Below, in pieces: positions 26,477-37,293 of a stretch of 64,000 bases of DNA; position 1 is the first letter of the stretch; each line of letters starts with the position of its first letter. This stretch comes from Alteraurantiacibacter sp. GTDB taxonomy: Bacteria > Pseudomonadota > Alphaproteobacteria > Sphingomonadales > Sphingomonadaceae. The notes under the pieces are model-generated. The model was not told the DNA's origin. It saw only the letters and a program-made list of their open reading frames with translations, and did not search any database. Both the position numbers and the translations under genes were made by a program. Location of the stretch: NCBI GenBank assembly GCA_963675825.2, contig CAXXJY010000003.1, forward strand, positions 28,929 through 92,928, read 5' to 3'.

Positions 26477-26969
26477 TTGGACGCGTTCCATTCTTATTCT
26501 TCTTCGGCGATCCGCCCCACCCCGCTTGAGGAAGTCAAGTAGAAGACCGAAGGGCTGCCGTTGTTCTACACGAAGCTGGACCGCGAGACAGTCAAGCATC
26601 GGCGAGGAAGGCCAGGGCTTCCGCATCCTGCTCAAGGGCCTCAACCTCGAGCGGATCCAGCACCCGCTGGCCAAGGCTTGGATGCAGAGCGAGGCAGCCG
26701 CGCTGATGGTCTTCAAGGCCGCGACCCTGTTCGACCGCGGCGAAGAATGCGGCGTGGAGGCAAATTCGGCGAAGTATCTGGCCGCCGAGGCGGGCTACGA
26801 AGCCTGTCAGACCGCGGTCATGTCGATGGGTGGCATGGGCTATGCGCAGGAATATCATGTCGAGCGTTACTTGCGCGAAGTCTTGATCCCGCGCATCGCT
26901 CCGGTAAGCCCGCACCAGATCATGAACTTCATTGCCGAAAAGGTGCTGGAGCTTCCTCGCAGTTACTGA
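26477..26969 (+). pseudogene. Acyl-CoA dehydrogenase remnant (N-terminal half missing, in-frame stop, frameshift, internal deletion)
   Basis: Reads ...IRPTPLEEVK*KTEGLPLFYTKLDRETVK, with TAG at 26540-26542. The frame switches near 26590 to IGEEGQGFRILLKGLNLERI, which joins directly to QHPLAKAWMQSEAAALMVFKAATLFDRGEECGVEANSAKYLAAEAGYEACQTAVMSMGGMGYAQEYHVERYLREVLIPRIAPVSPHQIMNFIAEKVLELPRSY. About 35-40 residues expected between ...ERI and QxxLAxM in ACADs are absent. The remnant starts exactly at the IS6 relic's end. Confidence 0.75.
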
Positions 26970-26986
26970 AGACAGGGAAATCACCG

Positions 26987-27856
26987 ATGAAAATGCGCAG
27001 CTGGCTGTTTTCGCCCGGCGACAGCGAGAAAAAGATGGGCAAGGCGCTTGCCAGCCCTGCCGATATCGTCCTGTTCGATCTGGAAGACGCGGTCGCCACC
27101 GAAAACAAGCCGCTGGCGCGCACGATGATCCACGATTTCCTGCGTGCGAATGCGGCAGAATGCAGCCGAATCTGGGTTCGCGTCAACCCGCTCGACGGCC
27201 CCTACACGCTGGATGATCTGGTAGCAGTCATGCCAGCCAGGCCTGGCGGCATCATGCTGCCCAAGGTCTATGGCCGGGCCGATGTGGACCTGCTCGATCA
27301 TTACCTTACCGCACTCGAGACCGCCTATGGCATCGATGTCGGATCGACCCCGGTCATCGTGCTCGTCACCGAAACCGCCGAGGCCATGTTCCACACCGGC
27401 GACTACAAGGGTGCGCCGCGCGTGGTGGCGCTGACCTGGGGCGCGGAGGACCTGGCTGATTCCGTCGGGGCAAGTTCCAACCTCAACCCCGATGGCAGCT
27501 ACGGCTTCACCTACGAACTCGCGCGCAGCATGACCTTGCTCGGCGCGGCGACTGCCGGCGTCTCCGCGATCGAGACCATCTCCGGCGATTTCCGCGATCT
27601 CGAGGCACTGCGTACACGCGCAGAGAAGGTCCGGCGCGACGGCTTTTCCGGGATGCTGGCGATCCACCCGGCACAGGTTGACATCATCAACGCCGCTTTC
27701 ACGCCCAGCGCGGACGAAATCGCCGAGGCGCGCGAAATCGTCGCGCTGTTTGAAGCCAACCCCGGCGTCGGTGCAATTGGCTGGAAAGGCGGCATGCTTG
27801 ACCGCCCCCACCTCTCGCGCGCGCAGCGGCTGCTGGCGCAGGTTCAGGACCAATGA
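26987..27856 (+). CDS. HpcH/HpaI aldolase / citrate lyase beta (CitE)-like acyl-CoA lyase
   Basis: The start MKMRSWLFSPGDSEKKMGKALASPADIVLFDLEDAV has AGGGAA upstream. CitE-like motifs LFxPGD, DLEDAV and WGAEDL are present. 289 aa. The longer track ORF 26561-27856 begins inside the ACAD remnant. Confidence 0.85.
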   Translation: MKMRSWLFSPGDSEKKMGKALASPADIVLFDLEDAVATENKPLARTMIHDFLRANAAECSRIWVRVNPLDGPYTLDDLVAVMPARPGGIMLPKVYGRADVDLLDHYLTALETAYGIDVGSTPVIVLVTETAEAMFHTGDYKGAPRVVALTWGAEDLADSVGASSNLNPDGSYGFTYELARSMTLLGAATAGVSAIETISGDFRDLEALRTRAEKVRRDGFSGMLAIHPAQVDIINAAFTPSADEIAEAREIVALFEANPGVGAIGWKGGMLDRPHLSRAQRLLAQVQDQ

Positions 27857-29124
27857 CCACGGTTGTCGATGCCGGAGAGCTCGATCTCGCCCGTTTCCTG
27901 GGGCGCGGCGACAGGATCGTGTTCGGTCAGGCTTGCGGGGAGCCCCCTGCCCTGGTTGATGCCCTGATTGCACAAGGTAGTGCCATCGGCGACCTGACGG
28001 CCTTTATCGCCACCAGCTTTTCCGGTGCCTTCGCGCCTGCAAGCAAGTCAAGCTTCGCATTGTCGAGCATGGGCGCGATCGGTGCCCTGCGCGCCATGTC
28101 CAAGGCCGGTTGCCTGTCGATCATCCCCTGCCATGTCAGCCAGGTCGGACCGCTGATCGAGGCCGGCATCATCGGTTGCGACGTGGCCATGATCCAGCTC
28201 AGCCCGGCCGACGCCGATGGCAATCACAGCTGCGGCCTGATCAGCGACTATGTTCGTGCCGCCGTGCGCACGGCGCGTGTCGTAATTGCCGAAATCAGCG
28301 AGGCGGTACCGTTTACCCATGGCGAGAACGTGCACACCTCGGAAATCGATGTCCTCGTGCAGTCGCATCGCACACCGATCGAGGTGAAGGCCGCACCCAT
28401 CAGTGAGACAGACGAGGCCATCGCCCGTCATTGCGCCGCCTATATCGGCGATGGGTCGGTGATCCAGACCGGCGTCGGCGCGGTGCCCGATGCCATCCTG
28501 CGCCTGCTGCATGATCGCAAGGATCTGGGCGTGCATTCAGGGATGCTGGGCGACGGGCTCGCGGATCTCGTGGAGGCAGGCGTCATCACCAATGCGCGCA
28601 AGGAAATCGATCCCGGCGTCTCGATCAACGGCGCGCTGATCGGCACCCGGCGCCTGTATGATTTTGCCCATCGCAACACCGCCATCCGCATGACGCCCAC
28701 CAGCTACACCCATGATGCCGCCGTGCTGGGGCAACTTTCCCGGCTGGTGACGATCAATTCCGCGCTGGAGGTCGACCTGACCGGCCAGGTGAACGCCGAA
28801 GGCTCGGGCGATCGCTATGTCGGCGGTAATGGCGGACAGGTCGATTTCGTGCGCGCCGGTGCCCGTTCGCCCGGTGGCCATTCGATCATCGCGCTGTCCT
28901 CGACCGCAAGGGGCGGCAGCCTGAGCAAGATCGTACCGGCGCTCTCCGGCCCGGTGACATCGGCCCGCTGCGAGGTGGACCTGATCGTGACAGAATACGG
29001 CGCCGCCGAACTCAAGGGGCAGCCGCTGGCGGAACGCGCGCGCCGCATGGTTGCCATCGCTCATCCGGATTTCCGCGAGCAGCTTGACCGCACCGCCCAC
29101 GAAATCGCCAGAAGGGGATTCTGA
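27853..29124 (+). CDS. Acetyl-CoA hydrolase/transferase-family CoA-transferase
   Basis: 423 aa. ATGA overlap with the preceding gene. The pattern RIVFGQACGEP...VQTGVGAVPDAIL...HSGMLGD...NSALEVDLTGQVNAE...GGNGGQVDF is typical of this family. Confidence 0.85.
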   Translation: MTTVVDAGELDLARFLGRGDRIVFGQACGEPPALVDALIAQGSAIGDLTAFIATSFSGAFAPASKSSFALSSMGAIGALRAMSKAGCLSIIPCHVSQVGPLIEAGIIGCDVAMIQLSPADADGNHSCGLISDYVRAAVRTARVVIAEISEAVPFTHGENVHTSEIDVLVQSHRTPIEVKAAPISETDEAIARHCAAYIGDGSVIQTGVGAVPDAILRLLHDRKDLGVHSGMLGDGLADLVEAGVITNARKEIDPGVSINGALIGTRRLYDFAHRNTAIRMTPTSYTHDAAVLGQLSRLVTINSALEVDLTGQVNAEGSGDRYVGGNGGQVDFVRAGARSPGGHSIIALSSTARGGSLSKIVPALSGPVTSARCEVDLIVTEYGAAELKGQPLAERARRMVAIAHPDFREQLDRTAHEIARRGF

Positions 29125-29126
29125 CC

Positions 29127-29894
29127 ATGTCCGATGCCGTGCTCTATGAATGCAACGATGAAGGGATCGCCACGATCACCATCAATCGCCCGGACCAGCG
29201 CAACTGCCTGTCAAAGGACGTGCGCGACGGCCTGCGCGCGGCCTGGGAACGCTTCGAGGCAGACGATGGCGCGCGCATCGCAATCCTCACCGGCACCGGC
29301 GAAAAGGCCTTCTGCGCTGGCGGTGACCTGAAGGAGATGGTTGCGACCGGGCTGAAGGTGCCGCCGCGCGATTTCTTCCCGGTGCCCTACGAGAATATCC
29401 ACCTCAGCAAGCCGACCATCGCTGCAGTGAACGGGGTGGCCTTTGCCGGCGGCTGGATGATCGCGCAGGCTTGCGACCTGTGCGTTGCCAGCACCAATGC
29501 CAAATTCGCCATTACCGAGGTCAAGGTAGGTCGCGGATCGCCGTGGGCGGCCCCGCTGATCCACATGATCCCGCAGCGCATCTACATGGAACTCGTCCTG
29601 ACCGGGAAGCCTATCAGCGCCCAGCGCGCCTATGAGATCGGACTGGTCAATCGCCTGGCCGAACCTGGTGAAGCGCTGGACACCGCGATGCACCTGGCCC
29701 GCGAAATCATCGACGGCGCGCCGCTGTCGATCGCCGCCGCCCGCGAGACGGTGATGCTGGCAACCGAAATGGGCCGCGCTGCAGCGATCGACGCCGGCTA
29801 TGCGGCGCACGAGAAAGCCTACAACAGCGAGGACGCGCAAGAGGGGCCACGCGCCTTCGCAGAGAAGCGCAAGCCGCAGTGGAAGGGGCGCTAG
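29127..29894 (+). CDS. Enoyl-CoA hydratase/isomerase (crotonase) family protein
   Basis: 255 aa. ITINRPDQRNCL, LTGTGEKAFCAGGDLKEM, AAVNGVAFAGG, and the C-terminus SEDAQEGPRAFAEKRKPQWKGR. Confidence 0.9.
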   Translation: MSDAVLYECNDEGIATITINRPDQRNCLSKDVRDGLRAAWERFEADDGARIAILTGTGEKAFCAGGDLKEMVATGLKVPPRDFFPVPYENIHLSKPTIAAVNGVAFAGGWMIAQACDLCVASTNAKFAITEVKVGRGSPWAAPLIHMIPQRIYMELVLTGKPISAQRAYEIGLVNRLAEPGEALDTAMHLAREIIDGAPLSIAAARETVMLATEMGRAAAIDAGYAAHEKAYNSEDAQEGPRAFAEKRKPQWKGR

Positions 29895-30305
29895 CGTCGC
29901 CGGACAGTTCGCAGTCACGATCGACGCTTCGCCCGATAACCCCGCCAGCCTTGAACAAGGCTTGGGCTAGTCGTGAATGTGGATCTGCGTTCAGCTCGCC
30001 ATGGTCAGCGGGATCACGAAGCGGGCATTGCGGTTCAATCCAGTGATCTCGCTTGCAGCAAGCACACCGTCATTGGAAGTCTCCGGGAACCCAGGCGAGG
30101 CACTGAAATAGTGGAATGACCTGGCGGGCTTCTTCCGCCGAGACACGCCCGCTGCACTACCCCACCCTCGCTATTGTGAGGCAGGTGCAGTTGTTCCAAC
30201 AGGATCGCCGGATGCAAGAGCAAGCACCAAGGGTGACGGCGAATTGCGGTGTGCCGGTTTTCGCGTATGCTCAGGCCTTGGCGGAAACCTTCGTGGAGAT
30301 CAGCA

Positions 30306-30725
30306 GTGTATTCTCGTATTCTCGTTCCCGTCGATCTGGATGAGCCAAGCTCGTGGAGCAAGGCAGTTCCGACTGCGATGGCCATGGCGAAAACCTTCGA
30401 TGCCACGGTAACCTTGTGCACGGTGGTTCCCGAGAGCCTTGCCACGCTCAAGGCAGAATGGACCTCGGTGTCGATGCGTGAATTGTTGGAAGAAGCACGC
30501 ACCAGGCTCCTGCTGCTGGCCAGGGAACTGGGCCACGAAGATCTCGACCTTGAGGTAAGGATGGGCAGCATTCCCGGTGCCATCCTGTCCGCTGCCGAAA
30601 GCCTGGCGATAGACTTGATCGTGCTTTCTTCCCATCGGCCCGCGATGAAGGACTGGCTGATTGGCGCTAATGCGGCGCGTGTCGTGCGCCATGCGAAATG
30701 CTCGGTTCTGGTCGTGCGCGAATGA
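30306..30725 (+). CDS. Universal stress protein (UspA family)
   Basis: I prefer the GTG at 30306, with GGAGA 6 nt upstream, giving VYSRILVPVDL... The C-terminal USP motif is LIVLSSHRPAMKDWLIGANAARVVRHAKCSVLVVRE. The track ORF starts earlier, at 30249. Confidence 0.8.
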   Translation: MYSRILVPVDLDEPSSWSKAVPTAMAMAKTFDATVTLCTVVPESLATLKAEWTSVSMRELLEEARTRLLLLARELGHEDLDLEVRMGSIPGAILSAAESLAIDLIVLSSHRPAMKDWLIGANAARVVRHAKCSVLVVRE

Positions 30726-31480
30726 CAGGCGTGGGGCGTTCGCGGCGCGACTTGCGTGAAGAGCATACGCTCGACAGCATCCGAAACCGGATCAGACGTC
30801 CCAGCGGCGAAAGTCCGGTTGGCGACTTCATGCTGGGCGGGATCGATGGTGTCGTCACCACCTTTGCCATTATCGCCGGCAGCGCGGGTGGCCACCTGTC
30901 ATCTACAGCTGTCATCATCCTTGGCATCGCCAACCTGCTTGCCGACGGGTTCAGCATGGCAGTCAGCAACTATGTCGGGACGCGCGCCAGGCAGGAGGAC
31001 GTGCGCCAGAGCCGCGCCGACGAGGAATGGCAGATCGACACCTTCCCGGAAGGCGAACGAAGAGAAATCCGCGAGGTCTTTGCTCGCAAGGGCTTTACCG
31101 GAGAAACGCTTGAGGAAATCGTCGAGGTCATCACCTCCGACCGCAAGGTGTGGGTAGAGACGATGATGGCCGAAGAGTTGAAGATGAGCGAGGTTTCAGC
31201 ACGACCTGTACGGGCGGCTCTGACCACCTTCATCGCTTTCGCGCTGTGCGGGCTGTTTCCGCTCCTTCCATTCCTTTTGGGTATCGGCGATTTCGAGACC
31301 ATGTTCGGCGCCAGCGCTGCGCTTGGCGTCGTGACCTTCGTTGCTCTTGGCGCGGGAAAAGGGCGATTGGTCGGGTTGTCGCCTGTACTATCTGCACTGC
31401 AGACACTTGCGATCGGATCCGTCGCGGCAATCCTTGCCTATGGTGCGGGCTTCGGCCTGAACCTGCTTTTCGCCGCCTGA
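30722..31480 (+). CDS. VIT1/CCC1-family iron/manganese transporter
   Basis: ATG 30722 overlaps the usp stop (ATGA). GGIDGVVTTFAIIAGSAGG...ANLLADGFSMAVSNYVGTRA is followed by an acidic cytoplasmic segment and three C-terminal TM helices. Confidence 0.8.
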   Translation: MTGVGRSRRDLREEHTLDSIRNRIRRPSGESPVGDFMLGGIDGVVTTFAIIAGSAGGHLSSTAVIILGIANLLADGFSMAVSNYVGTRARQEDVRQSRADEEWQIDTFPEGERREIREVFARKGFTGETLEEIVEVITSDRKVWVETMMAEELKMSEVSARPVRAALTTFIAFALCGLFPLLPFLLGIGDFETMFGASAALGVVTFVALGAGKGRLVGLSPVLSALQTLAIGSVAAILAYGAGFGLNLLFAA

Positions 31481-31611
31481 GTAATAGTCGAGCCGAGCCA
31501 GGCGCGGTGCGGTATGGTTATCCTGGGCAAGGCGACTTGCCGGAATTGCGCCATCGCAATGACGGTGCATGGTGTCTGCCGCGATGAAGGCTTCAGTGCG
31601 GCCTGGCCGCG

Positions 31612-34278
31612 GTGCGTGATGGAATTCGCCAGATAATGCAACGTCAAAACCCTTACAGTGATCCGGTCGACGCACTGCTGCGCGCCTATTCTGTCCGCAT
31701 CGACAAGGGCCTGACCGAGGCTGAAGCGGACAAGCGCGCGGCAAGATATGGCCCCAATGCGATCGCGGCGGAAGCTGCCGTTTCGGCAGTCACGATACTG
31801 CTGCACCAGTTCACCAACCCGGTGGTCTACCTGTTGACTGCGGCCGCCGTTCTGGCGTTCACCTTCGGCCAGCAAGTAGAAGCTGTCGCGGTTGCCGCGG
31901 TCCTGCTTATCAACACTGCGATTGGATATGCTGCAGAACTCAAGGCAACCCGTTCGATGGAGGCGCTGCGATCGCTTGGCCATCGCTCGGCCCGTGTCTT
32001 GCGCGACGGCCGCCAGAGGGTGCTGCCGGCAGAGCAACTGGTGCCTGGCGATATCGTGCTTGTCGAAACCGGCGATCTGGTTTCGGCTGACCTCCGCATC
32101 ATCGAAGGCGCGAACCTGGCTGCAAACGAGTCGACGCTGACAGGGGAATCCGTGCCGGTCGACAAATCCGCAGATCCCGTTCCACCGGACACTCGCCTGG
32201 AAGACCGATCCAGCATGCTCTTCAAGGGAACAGCCATCACGCGCGGCTCGGGTACGGGGCTCGTCGTTGGCACCGGGCAGCACACGGCGCTTGGCGAGAT
32301 ATCGCAACTGGTGAAGCGGGCAGCGCCGATGCGCTCACCGCTGGAGAAACGCCTGACAAAGGTGGCAGGACAACTGGTCTGGCTGACAATCATCATTGCC
32401 GCGCTGGTGGTGACTGCGGGCCTGCTGCGCGAGGCTGACACCTTCCTGATGGTGACGACCGGGATTGCCCTGGCCGTGGCCGCCATCCCCGAAGGATTGC
32501 CGGTCGTGGCCACGCTGGCGCTGGCACAAGGCATGTGGCGCATGGCGCGCCAGAACGCCCTCTTGCGACAGTTGTCGGCTGTCGAGACTTTCGGTTCGGT
32601 CACGCTCATCCTGACCGACAAGACTGGCACGCTTACGGAAAACCGGATGGCGGTGGAGGCCATTTGCCTGCCTGCCGCCGATCTTGCGCCCGCCAGCCGT
32701 GAGAACGGCGCCTTCGAAGCCGCCGAACAGCCCATGCTGCATGGTCTCCTGACGGTGGCCGCCCTGTGCAGTTCCAGTGAACTGGATGACGAGACCGGCG
32801 ATGGTATCGGCGATCCGCTGGAAATTGCCCTGATGCGCGCTGCCGCAAGTGCCGGGCTGCCTCGTGACAAGGTGATCGAGCAGAATCCGCAGGTGAAGCT
32901 GCATGGCTTTGCAGCCGAAGTGCGCATGATGGGGACCGTGCACCGGCACGACGATGGATTTCTCTATGCGGTCAAGGGCGCGCCGGAAGCCGTAATCGAG
33001 CATTGCACCAAGCTTCGGTACATGGAGCGGGATCTGGACCTCGACCCGCAATCGCGCAGGCAATGGCTAGAGCTCGTCTCGCAGCTCGCCAATGAGGGGA
33101 TGCGCGTCATTGCCTTGGCGCACAAGCTTGCGCCCACCGCTGATGATGAGCCGTACGCAGACCTCGTGCTGCTGGGGCTGGTGGGCCTGCGCGACCCTGC
33201 CCGCGCGGACGTGGTGGAAGCGATCGCCGCCTGCCATGGTGCCGGGATCGACGTGGCAATCGTCACCGGCGATCACGCAGTCACCGCAGTCAACATCGGT
33301 CGTCAGGTCGGCCTGCCGGTCGAAGGCCGCGAGCCCGTGGAAGGGCACTTGCTGGCGCGGATGGATTTCGACGGTGACGCACTGCGTTCGACCACGGTGT
33401 TTGCCAGGGTCAACCCCAGCGAGAAGCTGGCGCTGGTGAAAGCTTTCCAGGACGCAGGCGAAGTGGTGGCGATGACTGGGGATGGCGTGAACGATGCGCC
33501 GGCTCTGCGCCAGGCCGATATCGGGGTCGCCATGGGCAAGAGAGGCACCGACGTTGCCCGCGAGGCTGCCGACATGGTGCTGCTCGACGATGCCTTCAGC
33601 TCGATCGTGGCGGCCATTCGCGAAGGCCGGATCATCTTCGAGAACATCCGCCGCTTTGCCACCTACCTGCTGGCCTGCAATCTGAGCGAGGTGCTGGTGG
33701 TCGGCCTTGCTGTGCTGCTGGCCCTGCCGCTACCCATCCTGCCGCTGCAGATTCTGTTCCTGAACCTTGTTACCGACGTGTTCCCGGCCTTTGCGCTGGC
33801 GACCGCCAAGGGCGACGAGACGATCATGACGCGCCGACCGCGTTCTCCTGACAAGGCGCTGCTCGGACTGCCGCAATGGCGACGCATCATCCTCCACGGT
33901 CTCGCACTGACCGGCGCGGTCTTTACCGCCATGGCCATGGCAAGCCAATGGCTGGGGCTGGCTGATGCAGAACTGGTCACGGTCACTTTCCTGACCCTCG
34001 CGTTCTCGCAATTATGGCACGTGTTCAATCTGCGGCATCCAGATGCCGGGTTCCTCCTCAACGAAGTCACGCGCAGTATCTGGGTCTGGGTCGCGATCGG
34101 ATTTTGCAGCCTGCTGCTGTTGCTTGCGGTCCACCTGCCGCAATTGCGTACGGTCCTGGGGCTGGTGCTTCCGGACATGGCCATGTGGACCCTGGCGATC
34201 CTTGCCAGCCTGGTCCCGCTGGTCATTATCCAGATAGCGCAAGGCATTGCACACCTGTCACGAAAGGGCGGGAATTGA
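31612..34278 (+). CDS. Cation-transporting P-type ATPase (type II-like, Ca2+/Mg2+-class)
   Basis: 888 aa. N-terminal LTEAEADKRAARYGPNAI, TGES, phosphorylation site LTDKTGTLTENRM, hinge MTGDGVNDAPALRQADIGVAMG, and 10 predicted TM stretches. The start is uncertain (ATG 31612 or 31636). Confidence 0.9.
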   Translation: MRDGIRQIMQRQNPYSDPVDALLRAYSVRIDKGLTEAEADKRAARYGPNAIAAEAAVSAVTILLHQFTNPVVYLLTAAAVLAFTFGQQVEAVAVAAVLLINTAIGYAAELKATRSMEALRSLGHRSARVLRDGRQRVLPAEQLVPGDIVLVETGDLVSADLRIIEGANLAANESTLTGESVPVDKSADPVPPDTRLEDRSSMLFKGTAITRGSGTGLVVGTGQHTALGEISQLVKRAAPMRSPLEKRLTKVAGQLVWLTIIIAALVVTAGLLREADTFLMVTTGIALAVAAIPEGLPVVATLALAQGMWRMARQNALLRQLSAVETFGSVTLILTDKTGTLTENRMAVEAICLPAADLAPASRENGAFEAAEQPMLHGLLTVAALCSSSELDDETGDGIGDPLEIALMRAAASAGLPRDKVIEQNPQVKLHGFAAEVRMMGTVHRHDDGFLYAVKGAPEAVIEHCTKLRYMERDLDLDPQSRRQWLELVSQLANEGMRVIALAHKLAPTADDEPYADLVLLGLVGLRDPARADVVEAIAACHGAGIDVAIVTGDHAVTAVNIGRQVGLPVEGREPVEGHLLARMDFDGDALRSTTVFARVNPSEKLALVKAFQDAGEVVAMTGDGVNDAPALRQADIGVAMGKRGTDVAREAADMVLLDDAFSSIVAAIREGRIIFENIRRFATYLLACNLSEVLVVGLAVLLALPLPILPLQILFLNLVTDVFPAFALATAKGDETIMTRRPRSPDKALLGLPQWRRIILHGLALTGAVFTAMAMASQWLGLADAELVTVTFLTLAFSQLWHVFNLRHPDAGFLLNEVTRSIWVWVAIGFCSLLLLLAVHLPQLRTVLGLVLPDMAMWTLAILASLVPLVIIQIAQGIAHLSRKGGN

Positions 34279-35285
34279 ACGCTAATCTTCTGCCCTGGCT
34301 CCAGTTTCTTGTCTGCGCGCTGCTGATAGGTTTCGCCGGGCACAAGCTGACCCGCTATGCCGGTGTCATCTCCAGGCGGACCGGCCTGCCTAGTTCATGG
34401 ATCGGACTTGTCCTGCTTTCCACGGCAACGTCCCTGCCCGAACTGTTCACCGGCATCAGCGCAGTCACCCTGTTCGATGCACCGGACATCGCGATGGGTG
34501 ACGCGCTGGGAAGCTGCATTCTTAACCTTGCCCTGCTGGTGGCACTCGATGCATTGAGCCGGGACGAATCGATCTATTGCCGGATCAACCAGAGCCACGT
34601 GTTGACGGCAGGCTTTGGCGTGATCCTGATCGGCATCGTCGGCCTGACGATCCTGACTGCCGGAACGGTCATCGGACGGGCGTTCTATCATTTCAGCGTC
34701 TATTCGCCGCTCATCATCCTCATCTACTTCGTGGCGGTGCGGGCAACCTTCAGGCACGAGCGCCGCCTTGCGATCACCTCGCCTGCGGTAGACGAGAACG
34801 ATCCTCTCACCCTCCGGCAGGCACTGCTGCGATATGCGGCAGCAGCCATCGTGGTGGCCATTGCTGGCAGCCTGCTGCCTTCCGTCGGCTTGCAGATCGC
34901 TGCCGCAACCGGTTGGCAGGCAAGCTTCGTCGGCACGCTGCTTGTCGCCTTGGCCACGTCACTGCCCGAATTCGTGGTGATCGTCAGCGCCCTGCGCCGC
35001 AATGCGGCGGACATGGCGATTGCAGCCCTGCTAGGAAGCAACCTGTTCGACATTCTGGTCATTGCGCTGGACGATCTCGCTTACACCAAGGGGAGCATCT
35101 TCGCAGCCGTCTCACCCGCAAACGCCGCATCAGCGCTGGCCGCCGTGATCATGAACGGCATTTTCGTCGTGGCCCTGCTGTATCAACCGCGAAACCGGGT
35201 GTTCGGTATGATTGGCTGGACAAGCCTGTCGTTGGTGTCGGTCTATTTCTTCAGCGCCTATTTCATCTACCTCTATGGCGCCTGA
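34275..35285 (+). CDS. Sodium/calcium exchanger (CaCA)-family membrane protein
   Basis: Proposed TTG start at 34275, overlapping the ATPase stop (TTGA). LNANLLPWLQFLVCALLIGFAGHKL...TSLPELFTGISA...GDALGSCILNL, with a second alpha-repeat TSLPEFVVIVSALRR...ALLGSNLFDI. There is no in-frame ATG until far downstream. Confidence 0.75.
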   Translation: MNANLLPWLQFLVCALLIGFAGHKLTRYAGVISRRTGLPSSWIGLVLLSTATSLPELFTGISAVTLFDAPDIAMGDALGSCILNLALLVALDALSRDESIYCRINQSHVLTAGFGVILIGIVGLTILTAGTVIGRAFYHFSVYSPLIILIYFVAVRATFRHERRLAITSPAVDENDPLTLRQALLRYAAAAIVVAIAGSLLPSVGLQIAAATGWQASFVGTLLVALATSLPEFVVIVSALRRNAADMAIAALLGSNLFDILVIALDDLAYTKGSIFAAVSPANAASALAAVIMNGIFVVALLYQPRNRVFGMIGWTSLSLVSVYFFSAYFIYLYGA

Positions 35286-35406
35286 CCGGGGATGGGGGGC
35301 GTTGTCACTGGCCAGCGCAGACGTTCGCCCTATCCATCGTCGGCAAAACGGCAAACCCGCAAGGCGGATATCGTTTGCCACCTACCCGACAGGAGCCTTG
35401 GACCTT

Positions 35407-35461
35407 GAGGATTTGGGCTTCATCTTCGTTCCTTGGTCACTACGACGAAGCCCAAATCCTC
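35407..35461. repeat. Perfect 15-bp inverted repeat (gaggatttgggcttc / gaagcccaaatcctc) with a 25-nt loop
   Basis: Read directly from the sequence. The arms are 35407-35421 and 35447-35461. No U-tract follows on either strand. It abuts the truncated epimerase relic. Confidence 0.6.
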
Positions 35462-35467
35462 CTTGAA

Positions 35468-35548
35468 TCATATCCTAGAATCTGTGCCATAGGCGCTGAC
35501 AGGGGCAAGCGTTGCAACGCCGATATGGTTGAGGCGACCGAGATTCAT
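35468..35548 (-). pseudogene. N-terminal stump of a methylmalonyl-CoA epimerase-like (VOC family) gene
   Basis: Hand translation from ATG 35548, with AGGTGA 4 nt upstream, gives MNLGRLNHIGVATLAPVSAYGTDSRI*. GRLNHIGVAT matches the conserved N-terminus of methylmalonyl-CoA epimerases as I remember it. The ORF stops after 26 codons, next to the hairpin. Confidence 0.4.
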
Positions 35549-35631
35549 CGTATCACCTGCATGTCAAATGTGGCGAACATCATGGAAATGAAGGTTGCGC
35601 AAACCACCGCCGACAGCCCGGCGAAGAACCC

Positions 35632-35745
35632 TTATGCGGGTCCGCCAACTTGCTTGTTTGCGGGCTTTTGGATCGCTGCAAGCACCAAAAATGTGCTGAC
35701 CAGGACCAGCGAAAAGCCAGCAAGACCGACAAAAACTGTAGAGTA

Positions 35746-35754
<9 letters not shown>
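35632..35754 (-). CDS. 40-aa single-TM ORF translationally coupled (ATGA) to pccB copy 1
   Basis: Hand translation gives [40 protein letters not shown]. The first 9 nt (ATGAGTGAA) are identical to the start of mcm at the equivalent position after pccB copy 2. Below the track's size cutoff. Coding status is uncertain. Confidence 0.35.
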
Positions 35755-37284
<1,530 letters not shown>

Positions 37285-37293
37285 GGCTTGGCC

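Noticed and set aside
29895-30305. Possible Mn2+ (yybP-ykoY-type) riboswitch ahead of the Usp/VIT1 genes; the ATPase leader at 31481-31611 was checked as well
   Set aside because: No GGGGAGTAG-type or other conserved core motifs were seen. There is only an imperfect hairpin after the crotonase gene (29943-29963).
30035-30895. A 286-aa minus-strand ORF across the usp/VIT1 region; other 60-130-aa overlapping ORFs occur throughout the track
   Set aside because: They are antisense to genes with clear family motifs and have no start context or recognisable motifs. They are treated as frame shadows of GC-rich DNA.
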